A stretch of 64,000 nt of DNA from Squalus acanthias. Taxonomy: Eukaryota. The stretch is from NCBI GenBank assembly GCA_030390025.1, contig CM059430.1, positions 42,966,001-43,030,000 on the forward strand. Reading direction: 5' to 3'. The notes under the pieces were generated by a model that was not told where the DNA came from, made no database searches, and worked only from the letters and a program-made list of their open reading frames with translations. Positions 35,617 to 48,266 of the stretch are shown here, one piece after another (positions within the stretch are counted from its first letter, which is position 1; every line of letters begins with the position of its first letter). The position numbers were made by a program, and so were the translations under genes.

Positions 35617-36620
35617 CATAGAGTCATATAGAGTCATTTGGGGCGCGACTTTTAGCGCCCCGAAAAAATTAGCGGCCCCGCGCCGGAACTTCAGTGGTTG
35701 CGCCCCAAGAGGGAAGCGGGGCGCAACTGGAAGCAGCCCGCATCCCTCTTGGGGCGCTGCGAGTGAATATCCTGGCGCTACGTGCCGCAGCGCCATGCGC
35801 TGCGGCACGTCGCGCCGCGGTATTGCAGGCCTTCCTCCCCTTCTTAAAGGGGAGGGACCCTGCGCAGCGCGAACCGGGGCCCAGCTGGGCCCCCAGGGAT
35901 CGGGAGTGCCGGCAAAAGAGCCCGGCACTCAAGAGAAGTGCCGGGCTCTTGGAGCGCAGCCGGCACTTCACGGTGGGGGGGCTTCACGGGGGCCAGGGGC
36001 AGGTGCTGGCAGGCGGCCAGCAACAAAAATGGCCGCCTGCCACCTCCGCTTTAAATATCGCCGCCCCGGCCGCACGTACGCCTCCCTGAACCCGTCGGAC
36101 ATAGCGTCTGGCGGTAAATCAGGGGGCGCGACTGAAGATCACGGCCGGGGCGCGAGCGGGGTGCTGCGCACGGCGATGACGTCATCGCCGGCGGCGCAGC
36201 GCCACAGGGCGCTACCGGCTGCCGCCACCGCTAACCTCCCACTAAATTTTTCGGGAGGCGTGGGCGGCGCTGCGCCCGGGCGTTAGCTGCTTTACGCCCC
36301 ATTAGCGCCCTCTTAAGGCGCTAACGGGAGGCGCAAGCAGCTGAATTTTTCCCCCATAGAGTTATACAGCACAGAAAGAGGCCCTTCAGCCCATCGTGTC
36401 CGTGCCAGCCATCAAGCCCTGTCTATTCTAATCCCATTTTCCAGCACTTGGTCCGTAGCCTTGTATGCTACGGCGTTTCAAGTGCTCATCTAAATGCTTC
36501 TTGAATGTTGTGAGGGTTCCTGCCTCTACCACCCTTTCAGGCAGTGAGTTCCAGATTCCAACCACCCTCTGGGTGAAAAAGTTTTTTCCTCAAATCCCCT
36601 CTGAACCTCCTGCCCCACAC
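35617..36620 (-). mobile_element. CR1 3' fragment inserted in the Myb gene; its tail is split by a GC-rich MITE
   Basis: CATAGAGT repeats on both sides of the MITE; FFTQRVVGIWNSLPERVVEAG motif near 36500-36590. Confidence 0.85.
35640..36355. mobile_element. Very GC/CpG-rich non-autonomous element (young MITE-like)
   Basis: GGGGCGCGACTTTTAGC start, GCTGAATTTTTCCCCC end, repeated TAGCGCCC/GGCGCTA motifs; abrupt composition change. Confidence 0.75.
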
Positions 36621-37386
36621 TTGTGGACTCAACCATGATGCGTGTCTGATGGCCGATGTCTCGGTTTCCACTGCAGCACAAGCAGAAGCCACCCAACCTC
36701 TGAGTGCTGCAGTGGAAGATTAGATTTCTATCATGCAAGGTCAGCTTGCTGCCATCATGGCTGCGGATACCAGTGTCAAAGGGGCTTGCAGGGTGACACA
36801 GCGGTCCAGCAATCTGTCCTCCAACAGATTACTAGGATTGCTGAGGCACCGTCCTGGGAGAGTGGGAATGGCAGTGGCTCCGTGGAGCACGAACCTGCTG
36901 TCCGCATCACTCTCTCAGGGTGACAGCATTCGTCCTCCCAGCCCTGCCACTCTGCCAGTGCCCTTGCTGTTGCCTGTCAGCCAGCCAACCCAGACTGCTG
37001 CCGCCCATGCTGAGATGGTGCAGTCCGAAGCTGGGCCTTCTAGGCCTAGAGCTGCTCGAGGTCGTCCTCCAAGCCCATCTGCAGTCTCCCCTACTGAATG
37101 TCAGCAGTCTTCCACCAGCCATGCTGCAGCCTCTGGGGTAGCACTGCGTAGGAACTCAGGCAAAGGCACACAGAATACAGGCACTAAGGGAATTCACAAG
37201 GGTAATTGGGTGATTAATTGATGTTCGTATGCAATATGGCATGCTTTGATTTAAGAATTTGGTTTGGAATGTTTATTTTCTGTTGGCTTTTATTTTTGCA
37301 TTGTGGCCAAGCGGATGCTGTGATGATCAGTAACAAAGGGAAGGGAAGCTGTGGGACTGTTGGTGAATGGAGAATTGGGGTTGCGT

Positions 37387-38522
37387 TTACTGGCATCGCA
37401 ATGGGATGGGTTGTTCACGGACAACTCGGCCAGAAAGTGGCAGTCTAGGTTGCCTCCTCCCTTCCTCTTCCTCCGCCTCCTCCTCCTGCTCCTCGCCCTC
37501 CTCAGCTGCTCACTGTATAGCTGGTGGCTAGGGCTGTGCCCTCATGATGGCGAGGTTGTGCAGCATGCAGCAGACCACCACGAATCTTGACACCCGCTCT
37601 GCTGAGTACTGCAGGGCTCCTCCAGAGTTGTCCAGGCAGCGGAAGCATTGTTTCAACTCGCCAATTGTGTGCTCTATGACATTTTGTGTGGCAGCATGGC
37701 TTTCGTTGTATGCATGCTGCCCATGTGTGTGTGGGTTGCGCACCGGAGTCATGAGCCATGTCGTCAGTGGATAGCCACCCTCTGGTTTGTCGTCGTGGCT
37801 CAAATGCAGATGGCGCAGCGGACTGCCACAATATGAAGACATCATGACTACTGCCAGGATACCGGGCATTGACCTGCATGATTCATTGCCTATGGTTGCA
37901 CACCAGCTGGACGTTGAGGGAGTGGAATCCCTTTCAGCTGCGGTACATGTCAGAATTGACATGCGGCGCCCGCAAAGCGACGCATGTTCAGTCAATGGCA
38001 CCCTGCACCATGGGGAAGCCTGCAATCATCGCGAAGCCGTGTGCTCGCTCCGCCTGCTGCTCTCTGGCAAGAGAGAATGAAATGTAATCAGCTCTCATTT
38101 GAATACAGAGCCTCAGTGACCTCCCTTACTCAACAGTGGACAGCAAACTGGGAGATGTTGCAAATATCTCCAGCTCCAGCCTGGAAGGAGCCCGACGCAT
38201 AAAAGTTCATTGCCACGGTCACCTTCACAGCCACTGGTAATACAGTCCTCGCCCTGCTCTGAGGTTGCAGTTGTGGCTGCAGCAGGTGGCAAATTTCAGT
38301 GAGAACATCCTTACTGAAGCACAGATGTCTGACACATTGTTCCTCGCTGAGGTTCAGGTCGGAGAATTGCTCCCTTAACACCCTGGGCGGATATGGCCTC
38401 CTACTGAGAACTCGTCTCCCCCTCCTCCTCCCTCATCTAGCAGATTGCCCTGCTTTGTGTCGCCTCTGTTCATTCTCTAAGTCATGCTGTATTCCAAGGG
38501 GAATTCCTACTAGTGCACCCAT
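37387..38522 (-). pseudogene. Harbinger (HARBI1-family) DDE transposase pseudogene
   Basis: LSEEQCVR..LPVAVKVTVAMNFYASGSFQ..ISQ; GFPMVQGAID, KGFHSLNVQLVC, ARYPGSSHD, GYPLTTWLMTP, YNESH..VIEHTIGELKQCFRCLD, CCMLHNLA; several stops and frameshifts. Confidence 0.92.
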
Positions 38523-39003
38523 GTCTGGGAGCAAAAGGTTTGTGCAGAAGCCTTGAAGTCAGGACAAAGTCCTTCAGCACCTGCCACACCACTCCGTGTA
38601 GACTTTAGCAACTTTAAAGAACTCTAGAAAGCACCAAACACTTATACAATCATAGCAACAGCCAATAGAAATCAATCAGCAACTAACCTGATCCCTTTAA
38701 ATAGCGCTGGCGGGGGGTCCTTCCTGCTGCGGAATGCGTGTTCAGCAGTGCGAGCTTAAGAGTAGGCGTTAGCTGGAGCCTTGCGTCCAAAATGGCAGCG
38801 CTGGCATCAAATCAGTGTTACATGCTGATTGACGTCATGATCTGTCTACTCCGCATACTTCCGGCGGATGCTTACCGCGCGCTAACGCTCTCATGAATAT
38901 GGCGCACCAGAAGTGTGCACGTGTGCCGCTGATGCCATTTTGAACCTCTAAGGGCACTTGTAGCGCCCAAAAAGTGGGCGCTATGGATCTAAATTTTACA
39001 CCC

Positions 39004-39565
39004 ATCGAATTTACAGCCCAGAAACAGGCCATTCGGCGCAGCTGGTCTATGCCAGTGTTTATGCTCCACATGAGCCTCCTCCCACCCTACTCATCTAACC
39101 CGAGTGGCATACCCTTCTATTCCTTTCTCCCTTTGTACTTATCTAGCTTCCCCTTAAATGCATCTATGCTATTCACCTCAACTACTCCTTGTGGTAGCGA
39201 GTTCTACATTCTAACCAGTCGCTGGGTAAAGAAGTTTCTTCTGAATTCTTTATTGGATCTATTAGTGACTATCTTGTATTCATGGCCCCTAGTTTTGGAC
39301 TCCCCCACAAGTGGAAACATCTTCTCTACATCTACCTTATCAAACCCCTTCATAATTTTAAAGACCTATATTAGGTCACCCCCTCAGCCTTCTCTTTTCT
39401 AGAGAAAAGAGACCCAGCCTGTTCAGTCCTTCCTGATAGTTATAACTTCTCAGTTCTGGTATCATCCTTGTAAATGTTTTATGTACCTTCTCCAGTGTCT
39501 CTATATGATTTTTGTGATATGTAGACCAGAACTGTGCACAGTACTCAAAGTGTGATCTAACCAAG
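39004..39565 (-). mobile_element. CR1 3' fragment
   Basis: SHFEYCAQFWS, RLGLFSLEKRRLRG. Confidence 0.88.
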
Positions 39566-40483
39566 TTCTTTGGCTAAGCTTTTCCTTTGCCTGCAGCCTA
39601 TTCAAATTAGGGGGAGAGACCCCATTGGAAAATATGACTGGGCCAGCCCTCTGTGCTGCAGGCATAGATGAGCTTGTGCTTTGGACCAACTTCCACGTCA
39701 TTGTTTCAATTATTGGAAAATCAGGGACCGTAAGTGCTGTTTTACGCTTGGAATCCCCATTGCTGTTAAGTAGGGTTCAGTTAAGCCATTTATTAATGCA
39801 GTACATTCACAAATTTGTAGTATTTTAATACAAGCTGTACTTTTTCTGGAAAATACGGCAATGCATAAAAGTCGTAACAATGATTTATCACTGACAATTT
39901 TACGTTGAAAGAAAAACAGTAGTAGCATTGTGAAAGGTTTTTTTTTTACTCCGTATTATAAACCAAGGCTTTTGGAAAACGCACTGCTGGTGGCAAGAGT
40001 TGTAAGGTCTGCTTACTTTCTCCCTAATTGCTTGAGAAGGAGATACTGTCAGTTTATGCATACACTGGGTTTTGATCCAGAAGGCCTTTTGATGTGATGA
40101 TAGCTGCAATTTTAAAAAACAGTTACCATATTTTCCTTGGTACTTGATATTCTTTGATGCACTAAATATAAATAGCCTAAAAATAGCTGTTTTAATGCCT
40201 TAATATACTGCTAGAGGATCTGTCTTTAATTGCCATCATATGTAACAAATATTGTGGATATGACATGGGTAATAACTATGCCTAAAATAGATTAAACTAA
40301 ATTCAATGTGGCTACTATTAGAGTTTCCAAACAGACAGAGGGAGATAATTGTCTTATAAGATCAGGAAAATGCAGTTAGCACTGGAGATTCATGGCCATT
40401 ATAATGAAGGTTATGCGTAAGAATGTAGCTTATTTCAACTTTGTCCTTTATGAGCCATTTAACAGCAGGGCTATTGACTGTAT

Positions 40484-41472
40484 GAGGGGAATTTTAACCC
40501 CCAAAACATGTGGGTTTGGGTCGGGTGGGATGTAAACATTTTTAAAATCTCAAACCTGAACCCAACCTGCCCCGAACCCGCCACTTCCAGTTTTAATGGA
40601 GGTGGGATTGGGGGAGTGGGGGGTGGGGGCGTGGACAACCAAATATTTTAATGTTTCTGCGTGCCTCAGATTTTAGTTCCATTTTAAATTCAACCCTGGC
40701 CAGCTGGGTTTCCCAGGCTTTGGGAAACCTGACAGCTAAGGGAGGCGAGGACTGCTGCGAAAAAGAGGTAAATGGCTTTCCAGCACTGCTTGTGGGCCAG
40801 GAAGAGCAGGAGTGCTTCCTCCCAGCCCCCACAAGCTAACCTGCTTCCCTCCCTGCGATCTGACCCCCCTGCGATCGAACACCACCCTCCCAGCCCACCC
40901 CCCCCGCGCAATCGGACCACCGCCCCCTCCAGAATCGGACCCCTCTATGATATCACCGACTATCCCCCACGCTATCATCGACCACCCCATGATCGGAAAA
41001 CCCCCCCGCAATCACCGACCACCCCCCTGCGATTGGACCCCCCCCATGATATCACCAATCCCCCCTCCCCCCATGATCGGAACCCCCCACTATATCAACG
41101 ACCCTCCCCACAATATTACCAATTCCCCCCTCCCCACTATATCACAGATCCCACCCGCCCCATGATCGAAACCCCCCCACGATCACCTCCCCCCCTGACC
41201 CCACCCCACCGCGATCACACCCCAACCCTACAGCCACTTTGTACCCACCCCCCTCGCAATCTCTAACGCAGTAGCTCAAACTTACGTGCTCCTGGGCTGC
41301 AGCCTCTGCTGCAGTGTTCCCCGCCCGACAGGGAGCCAAGCCTATCAATCAGGTTGGCTTCCGGGCAGGGATCCTGTTTAAAAAAAATCCACGCACACTG
41401 TGGAGTCAAAACTCCACGGCGTTCGGTCCCGCTCAGAACTCCTCTCCCCACCCCACTTGGAAATCCCGCCCC
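40484..41472. mobile_element. Non-autonomous TIR element with internal C-rich degenerate tandem array (40850-41265)
   Basis: GAGGGGAATTTT / GAAATCCCGCCCC ends; recurring CCCCC(A/G)(C/T)GAT(C/A) units; internal GGGCCAGGAAGAGCAGGAGTGC motif shared with other MITEs. Confidence 0.6.
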
Positions 41473-44400
41473 TGTAAATATGGGGGCCTATGTCTCTTTA
41501 ATATTAGAGTGACAACATTGAACTTGAATAACTTTCCTTACTTTAGAATTAGAAACAAGAGCTTTCAATGGCTTTTTTCCCCCATTTAAAAATGTTGCCG
41601 AAGTTTAATTTTGCCCTTTGCCCTCAATCCCTTGCTCCTCTTTCTAACTAAGGCTGTAAGATTGAGACTTTAGGTTGAAGAATCCAGGTACATTTGATAT
41701 GAATTCAAAACATGCAGACATTCGCATTCATTGCTGTAAAACTGTCTGAAGTACAATTTGATGCCATTTCTGGTGAAAAAAACTTAGTAGTGACAAATCT
41801 CGTGCTGTTTTGACAAGATTCTCATTTCACGTGACTTTTTTTCCCCTTTGTCTTTCAATCATTGCAAAGAAATGTCAGTTTGAACTGTTAAAAGCAGGCA
41901 GCAAATTAAGAAAGCATTGCACAGCACTGCTGTAGAATGATTGCTGTGCACAGAGGTGGTGTACAAATGCCTCATACAGTTGCAACATTATTTTCCACAA
42001 TCTTGCTCTGAGCCTGCAGCTGGCCAGAATGACCTCCAACGCGCTTCCTAAACTTTAACATATCAAGTAGAGGAGAAAATATGTCTCCTTAGTTCACATG
42101 GTGAGGCGAGATTCTGTACTACAATGATAAATAATGTGCAAAGATGAGAAAGTACAGACCTGTTGATTCTTTGCCTTCTGCTTGTCAGATGTGTGGCACG
42201 GAGAGTATAGTATTCATCCTGCTAAATTTGTAGAACTGAAAAATATGTTGGCATGGCAGGAACTTATGGCAGCAGACCTGATGATTTTGCCAAACATATT
42301 GCATGCCTGGCAGTCATCTGCAATCTTAGCTCACTGGGGCCTGTTCATAGGAAAGATGACATGTACTAACACGTAGCTTACATGAACCCATTTCTAGGTG
42401 TCACTCAGCCGGTGTTGTTTTTCACTTCCTTCCCATATAACCTTCAAAGGCTGTCTTTTAACGTACATTTATTAAAACTTTTTATCATTGGTCAATTGAC
42501 TGCTAGAGTGACTCCTCAAAACCTTCATGAAATGATTGCCTACTTGCCGAAAAAATATTGAGGCTTCGAGAGAAGCCTTGCTTTGTCAGGAGGAAGAAAA
42601 TAAAGAGAAATCGGCTGAGCATCAAAGGGCACATTTCCATAATTGCCCTGTAACTTTGGAAAAATAAATCTGAAGGGCTGAGAAAAGCACAGTCTCTCAG
42701 ATGAGTGCACTACAAAAGCCAAAGAGGTCCCCAGTCCCACTTGTTACTATTCCAATTCAGTGAGAGAATCCCGCTCCCTACCCTCCGCAACAAAAGCCAC
42801 AAAATCACTGTCCTGTTCTCTTAAAGGAGCTCGGCCTGAAGAATAGAATCTTATCCATCCTTTGTCTCAGTCTCAGCACCAACTACTCCTGGAAAGTTGT
42901 ACTGCAGGTCTTCTGTGCTCAGAATTGCTGGATATCCCTTCTTTTGACACTGACATTTTTGTTCACAACAAGACGAGCTTTTGTGGTGATATTCAGAAAG
43001 AACAATCAAGAGAGCCTAATAAACGGATTAGTAGGGCAGACAAAGAGCTGCGGTGGCTTCAAAGCTAGACCAACAACACAATAGAGATGACATTTGTTCA
43101 TCTTGGGGCTCAGGCAAGCACTGGGTGAATGTGCTGTCCGTGATGATGCCAGTAAACAATGGGTGAAGTTGGAAAGAGGGTGAAAAACACCAGACATCAG
43201 TCTTTGTTTCTCTGAGCATGGATAAGGCATTTGCAGCTAAGTATTGGAAATGCACTGTTTTATTTACTTTTGAATTTTCTCTTATTTGAATTATTGCTGA
43301 TGGCTTCTTCTTCTTTTAAGCCTTGTGAGAAGATAAACATACAGTTCATCACACAATATGAAGAATATATCTTTCAACTTAGTTGTGCTATCATTGCTTC
43401 TCTCTATAAGAAAACAGACGGATGCTGTTTAACATTATTTTCCACTTCGGCGTGCCTTGCAGAACTATAGCAAAAAGCAATAAAAGCGCAAAGTGGATTG
43501 AGTGACAATGGAACCTGAGCTGTAGCTTTTGGATTCAGGCTTTGCTTCATTGCTTCTCAATCTTATTCTCCAGTGTCTCAGCAAAGGGATTGCATCACAG
43601 TATTTAACATTGCTAGAAGCAAAGGAATAAAGTCAAGCCAGTGTTGATTATTGCTCATTAGCCACAAGGACATACTTTTGTGTGTGAATAAATGAATGAC
43701 ACCGTGTCCTGATGGAAATAGTCCTAGTGTAGCTCTAAGCAAAATGTCAGCTAACGTTTCCATTTGCTTATTATTAGAGAATCCTGTTGGATGCAAATGG
43801 GAATATAAGCATCCACGATTATTTTATTCCTTATAGACAATGTTTAACAAACCTGCTTAATTTCTTCTGTGATGCTATAACAAAGACATTTAGTGAACAT
43901 TTTTATTAAAATTGATGTTGGCTGGATTTAGCATTTTTGAAATCTTGACATGATATCCTATGAAATAGGATTGAAGTAAATCGGGTTCTGTGCTTTTTCA
44001 TCTAATAATGGTTGAAGTGCAAAGACGATCCCAATTGTAGCTGCAACTTTTGTCTCGTTTATATGCCATTGCAATTATAGATGTTTAAATAAAATGGAGA
44101 TGATTCTTGTTTTTAAAAGCCATGTGTGAAGCCTATTCATGAGCATATCTAAAACATGTCTTAGTTGAAACATGCTACCTGAAAGTCAGAGTGTCCACGA
44201 CTAAGAATCTGAATAGAAAATGTGACAATCAGCTGATAGTAACTCCGATGTCTGTACAGAAAGCAATATAAAACCTTTTAGTGGAGCCAGCATTGTCTGG
44301 ATCCTGCCATCAACACCTGTACCTGTATTGATACCTAATACAACACATTATCAGACTTATACCTATAAACCATTCCTATACCTAGAACCGAAACCAAACT

Positions 44401-45259
44401 TACATTCATACTCAAACTGTAGCCATAACAACCAAGTACTTAGTTTTCCCATTCATACATATCTCCATTTTATTCAAACATCTATAATTGCAATGGCATA
44501 TAATATTAGATTTAAATATATGTAAATTTAATTTAAACAAATTCTTGATATTTTTAAACTAGCCCATAATGTGTATTATATCGCTTATCAAATATTGCAG
44601 TATTTCCTGAAAATAATGCATTGCTGTTTTAAACATTCAGAAATCAGAATGCATGTTATTACTTTCCTAAATGTATGCACTTCAGAAATGACATACTGAT
44701 TGCAGTTTTGTACCTGAAACGTCACTTCATATTTCTGTTCAGGCTACCTAGTCACCTGTCCAATCAACTCACCCTGTTTAGCAAAAATAAATGTGTGGAA
44801 AAACTTCCTGCGTATGCTATTCAAAAAAACTGAAAGAACACTGGTCGAGAGTTCAAGAACAAAATCACATGGGGTCCCCAACAATTATGTATGAGTAGTA
44901 AATGTACATTTACATGGCCTATCCCTGCCTACAGACCACATTTACTTGTGAAAAAGATGTTTGCAAAAAAAACACTAGTCTCACACTATTATATCACATC
45001 ATACACAATGCGGACCAAATGGTCGTGCTTTATATAGCTCAATGACTACTATGTATTGTGAATAAAATTGAGTAAAATGAAGCGTTAATCACTAACTATT
45101 TGCCTTCATGGAGCTTCCTCAGATTTATTTTTGATGGAAGCAGATATTTGAATGGACCAGTTTAGTGAACAAGAACAAGTATTGTGTTGTCGTTTTCCTA
45201 TAAACTGAGAAATTACTGTCTACCGTTTTACAAGCCAGTGTATACATTTGATGGTTAAC

Positions 45260-45397
45260 TGCCGCAGCATATTTGCAGTGCTGTGACCATTTTCAATTAC
45301 AAAAATAACAACGAATTCATTCATTGGCTGTAAAGCGCTTTGGGGTGTCCTGAGGATGTGCAAGGTACCATATAAATGGAAGCTCGTTCTTCTCTTT
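45260..45397 (+). mobile_element. Deu-SINE 3' tail fragment
   Basis: CATTGGCTGTAAAGCGCTTTGGGGTGTCCTGAGG matches the reverse complement of the 46690 and 52262 copies. Confidence 0.65.
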
Positions 45398-46689
45398 AAC
45401 AGCAGTGAACCTCTCATGGACAGCTCACAGAGTTAAAGATGCAGTATGCCTTAGGCAGGATTTGTTGGTGGTAGCATCGCGAATAATAATCTGCCAAAGT
45501 AAAGAATATTTCTAAAATCTGACTCACTTTTTAAAGGAAATGATTAAAGGCTGTGAGAAACTCTGTCAGACCCATTAATGTTAATGTGAACGGCTGAGGT
45601 AATTGCGGCTACCTGCAGTCCACAATGCAATGGCACATGGACAGTTACATGGAGGCAGGCTGGAGCAGCTGAGACTAGGCCGTGTTGCTCTAAACATTTT
45701 CAATCTTGGTTGTTACATTAAAAAAATTCAAACAACACCTTCAAAGGATGAGGCTAAGGAACTCTACATCTTAAAAATAAAAGTTGAAAACTGAAACAGT
45801 GCCATTCCTTCAAAGCTCTTTCAAAATTTGAAATGTGATCTGCACAGACCGCCAAGGATAAGAAATGTCTCTTTAATTATTATTTATACTACATTTATAA
45901 CTTTTCTACCCCAGGACTAAGGTTCTGAAAATGCTGTTCTAGTAATACTCCTTAAAATTAGCTCTAGATTTTTACCTTCATTTCTCAACTTGTTTTGAAT
46001 TACTCAAATCAGAAACCACTTTATACATATATTATTTCTAGTTCTTTCACTATTAGTTCTTTTCGATGTTCAAATCACTGGAATGCAGAGACATTTGATG
46101 TCACAAAAGTACCTTAGCACTGCTGTCATTTTTTTGTATTAATTGTCAAGAAAAGGCAGTAACAAGAGCATAAAGTGGGTGTTTATCCCTTGAAAAGGAT
46201 TTCTTCCTGATGTTACAGACCTGATCTAGTTTGCCAGCAGAGTTATCCAGCCTGACAAAATCAACACCTCCACTAATTAACTGCCAACAAGGCTCCAATG
46301 TTAGGAAAGCAAAAGACATTGCACAGAATAAATTACAGCTGCAAACTTTTTTTTGATCAAAATTGCTGCACAGCAATTTTGTTTTTAAAAGTACAGTTTT
46401 CTTGGCCAAATTCCCCCTTAGCTGTTCGGCTCTGATGTGTGCTGTGTTGTGAGTGATGTATAAAATGGCTGACTCCACCAACTGAGGCCATGTGCGGCAA
46501 TGCCTCCATACATGGAAAATTGTCTGATTCGCAGCCAAAAAAGAATTTCAGAGTAACTGACAGGCAAATTGGTTGTTGTTTACGCAAATAAATAATCGCA
46601 GCAAAGACTTTAAAACTGATAATTTATTGTACTTTTACCACAACCTTGCATATACTTTCAAAGTCTGGGTCCTGGTTTAGAAATAGAAA

Positions 46690-47144
46690 AGAAAAAATGA
46701 CTTGTATTTACATAGCGCCTGTCACAACTTCAGGATGTCCCAAAGTGCTTTACATCCAATGAAGTACTTTTTGAAATGTAGTCACTGTTGTAATGCAGGA
46801 AACGCAGCAGCCAATTTGCGCACAGCAAGGTCTCACAAACAGCATTGAAATAAATGCTGATCATCTGATTTAAGGTTTGGATGAGGGATAAATGTTGGCC
46901 AGGACACTAGGAAAACTCCCCTGCTCTTCTTTGAAGTGGGATCTTTGACGTCCACCTGAGAGGGAAGACAGTGCCTCGGTTTAACATCTCATTCGAAAGA
47001 CAGCACCTCCAACAGTGCAGCACTCCCTCAGTACTGCACTGGAGTGTTAGCCTAGATTATGTGCTGAAATCTCTGGAATGGGACTTGCACCCACAACCTT
47101 CTGACTCAGAGGGGAGAGTGCTACCACTGAGCCACAGCTGACAC
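46690..47144 (-). mobile_element. Full-length tRNA-derived Deu-domain SINE (SacSINE1-like)
   Basis: Head GTGTCAGCTGTGGCTCAGTGGTAGCACTC..GGGTGCAAGTCCC; Deu core GCAGCCAATTTGCGCACAGCAAG; L2-like tail. Confidence 0.85.
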
Positions 47145-47254
47145 TAAAGGTCAGTTATCGTATCTCACTCGCACACAAATCTCATTCAGCACCTCTCTGC
47201 CCAGCAGACAGTTTGAATGCTTCTATGGTGCACATTTTATGCATATTGTAGATG

Positions 47255-48266
47255 TAGTGGTGTTCCACAAGGATCAGCGCTGGGACCACTGCTGTTCACA
47301 ATTTACATTAACGATTTAGACTTTGGAATCAAAAACACAATTTCTAAATTTGTGGATGACACCAAATTGCGGGGGGGGTGATAGTTAATACTGAGGAGGA
47401 CTGCAACAAATTACAGGAGGACAGAATGGGCATATAATTGGCAAATGAAGTTCAACACAGATAAATGTGAGGTATTACATTTTGGTAGAAAGAATAGGGA
47501 GGTCACTTATTACTTGAAGGGTGCGAGTCTAGGTGGGGTAGAGGAACAAAGGGATCTCGGAGTACAAATACACAAATCACTAAAAGTTGCGACAGAGGTT
47601 AGCAAGGCCATAAAAAAAAGCAAACCGAGCACTAGGGTTTATTTCTAGAATTGAAAAGTAGGGAAGTTATGCTTAACCTGTATCGAACCTTGATTAGACC
47701 ACACTTAGAGTACTGCGTACAGTTCTGGTCGCCATATTATAAAAAGGATATAGAGCCACTGGAGAGGGTGCAGAGAAGATTTACAAGGATGACACCAGAA
47801 ATGCGAGGATATACATATCAGGAAAGGATGTAGGTCTCTTTTCTCTTGAAGAAAAAAGAAGGTTGAGGGGTGACCTAATAGAGGTCTTTAAAATTATGAA
47901 AGGTTTTGATAGAGTGGATACAGAGAGAATGTTTCCACTTATGGGGAAGAGCATAACTAGAGGCCATGAATATAAGATTCCAATAGGGAATTCAGAAGAA
48001 ATTTCTTTACCCAAAGAGTGGTGAGAATGTGGAACTCGCTACCACAGGGAGTGGTTGAAGCAAATAGTATAGATGCATTTAAGGGGAGGCTAGACAAGCT
48101 ATGAGGGAGAAGGGAATAGAGGGTTATGCAGCTAGATTTAGATGAGGAAAGACGGGAGGAGGCTCGTGTGGAACATAAACACCGGCATGGACTGGTTGGG
48201 CCAAATGGCCTGTTTCTGTGCCATATATCCTATGTAATCCTATGTAATGTAAATCCTATGTAATGT
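47255..48266 (+). mobile_element. CR1 LINE fragment with frameshifts
   Basis: [42 protein letters not shown]; (AATCCTATGT)n tail. Confidence 0.92.

Larger units (their letters stand above)
34840..37212 (+). pseudogene. Harbinger Myb/SANT-like DNA-binding accessory gene, frameshifted and interrupted
   Basis: PRFSDAALEALVEEVERRRDVLYP / WDQIDVAVNA..RTWMQCRKKFNDL (34860-35060); acceptor TGTTGCAG|GACAAGGTG (DKVAHNRRQQ) at 35353; low-complexity C-terminus to ~37210. Confidence 0.8.
32384..39003. mobile_element. Decayed autonomous-type PIF/Harbinger transposon with nested insertions
   Basis: Convergent Myb/SANT and DDE transposase pseudogenes; subterminal regions ~32390-32495 and ~38895-38985 are imperfect inverted repeats; flanks ATA / ATC. 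Left boundary less certain. Confidence 0.7.

Noticed and set aside
35611-36286. Overlapping 100-163 aa ORFs on both strands
   Set aside because: Stop-poor GC-rich MITE; Ala/Gly/Arg-biased with no domain motifs.
37387-38522. Domesticated host gene HARBI1
   Set aside because: Multiple stops and frameshifts, and embedded in a TIR element with its Myb partner.
40736-41348. Proline-rich and glycine-rich ORFs
   Set aside because: Translation of the C-run array.
47070-47144. tRNA gene-like A/B boxes (also 52630-52702)
   Set aside because: These are SINE heads joined to Deu-domain bodies, not stand-alone tRNA genes.
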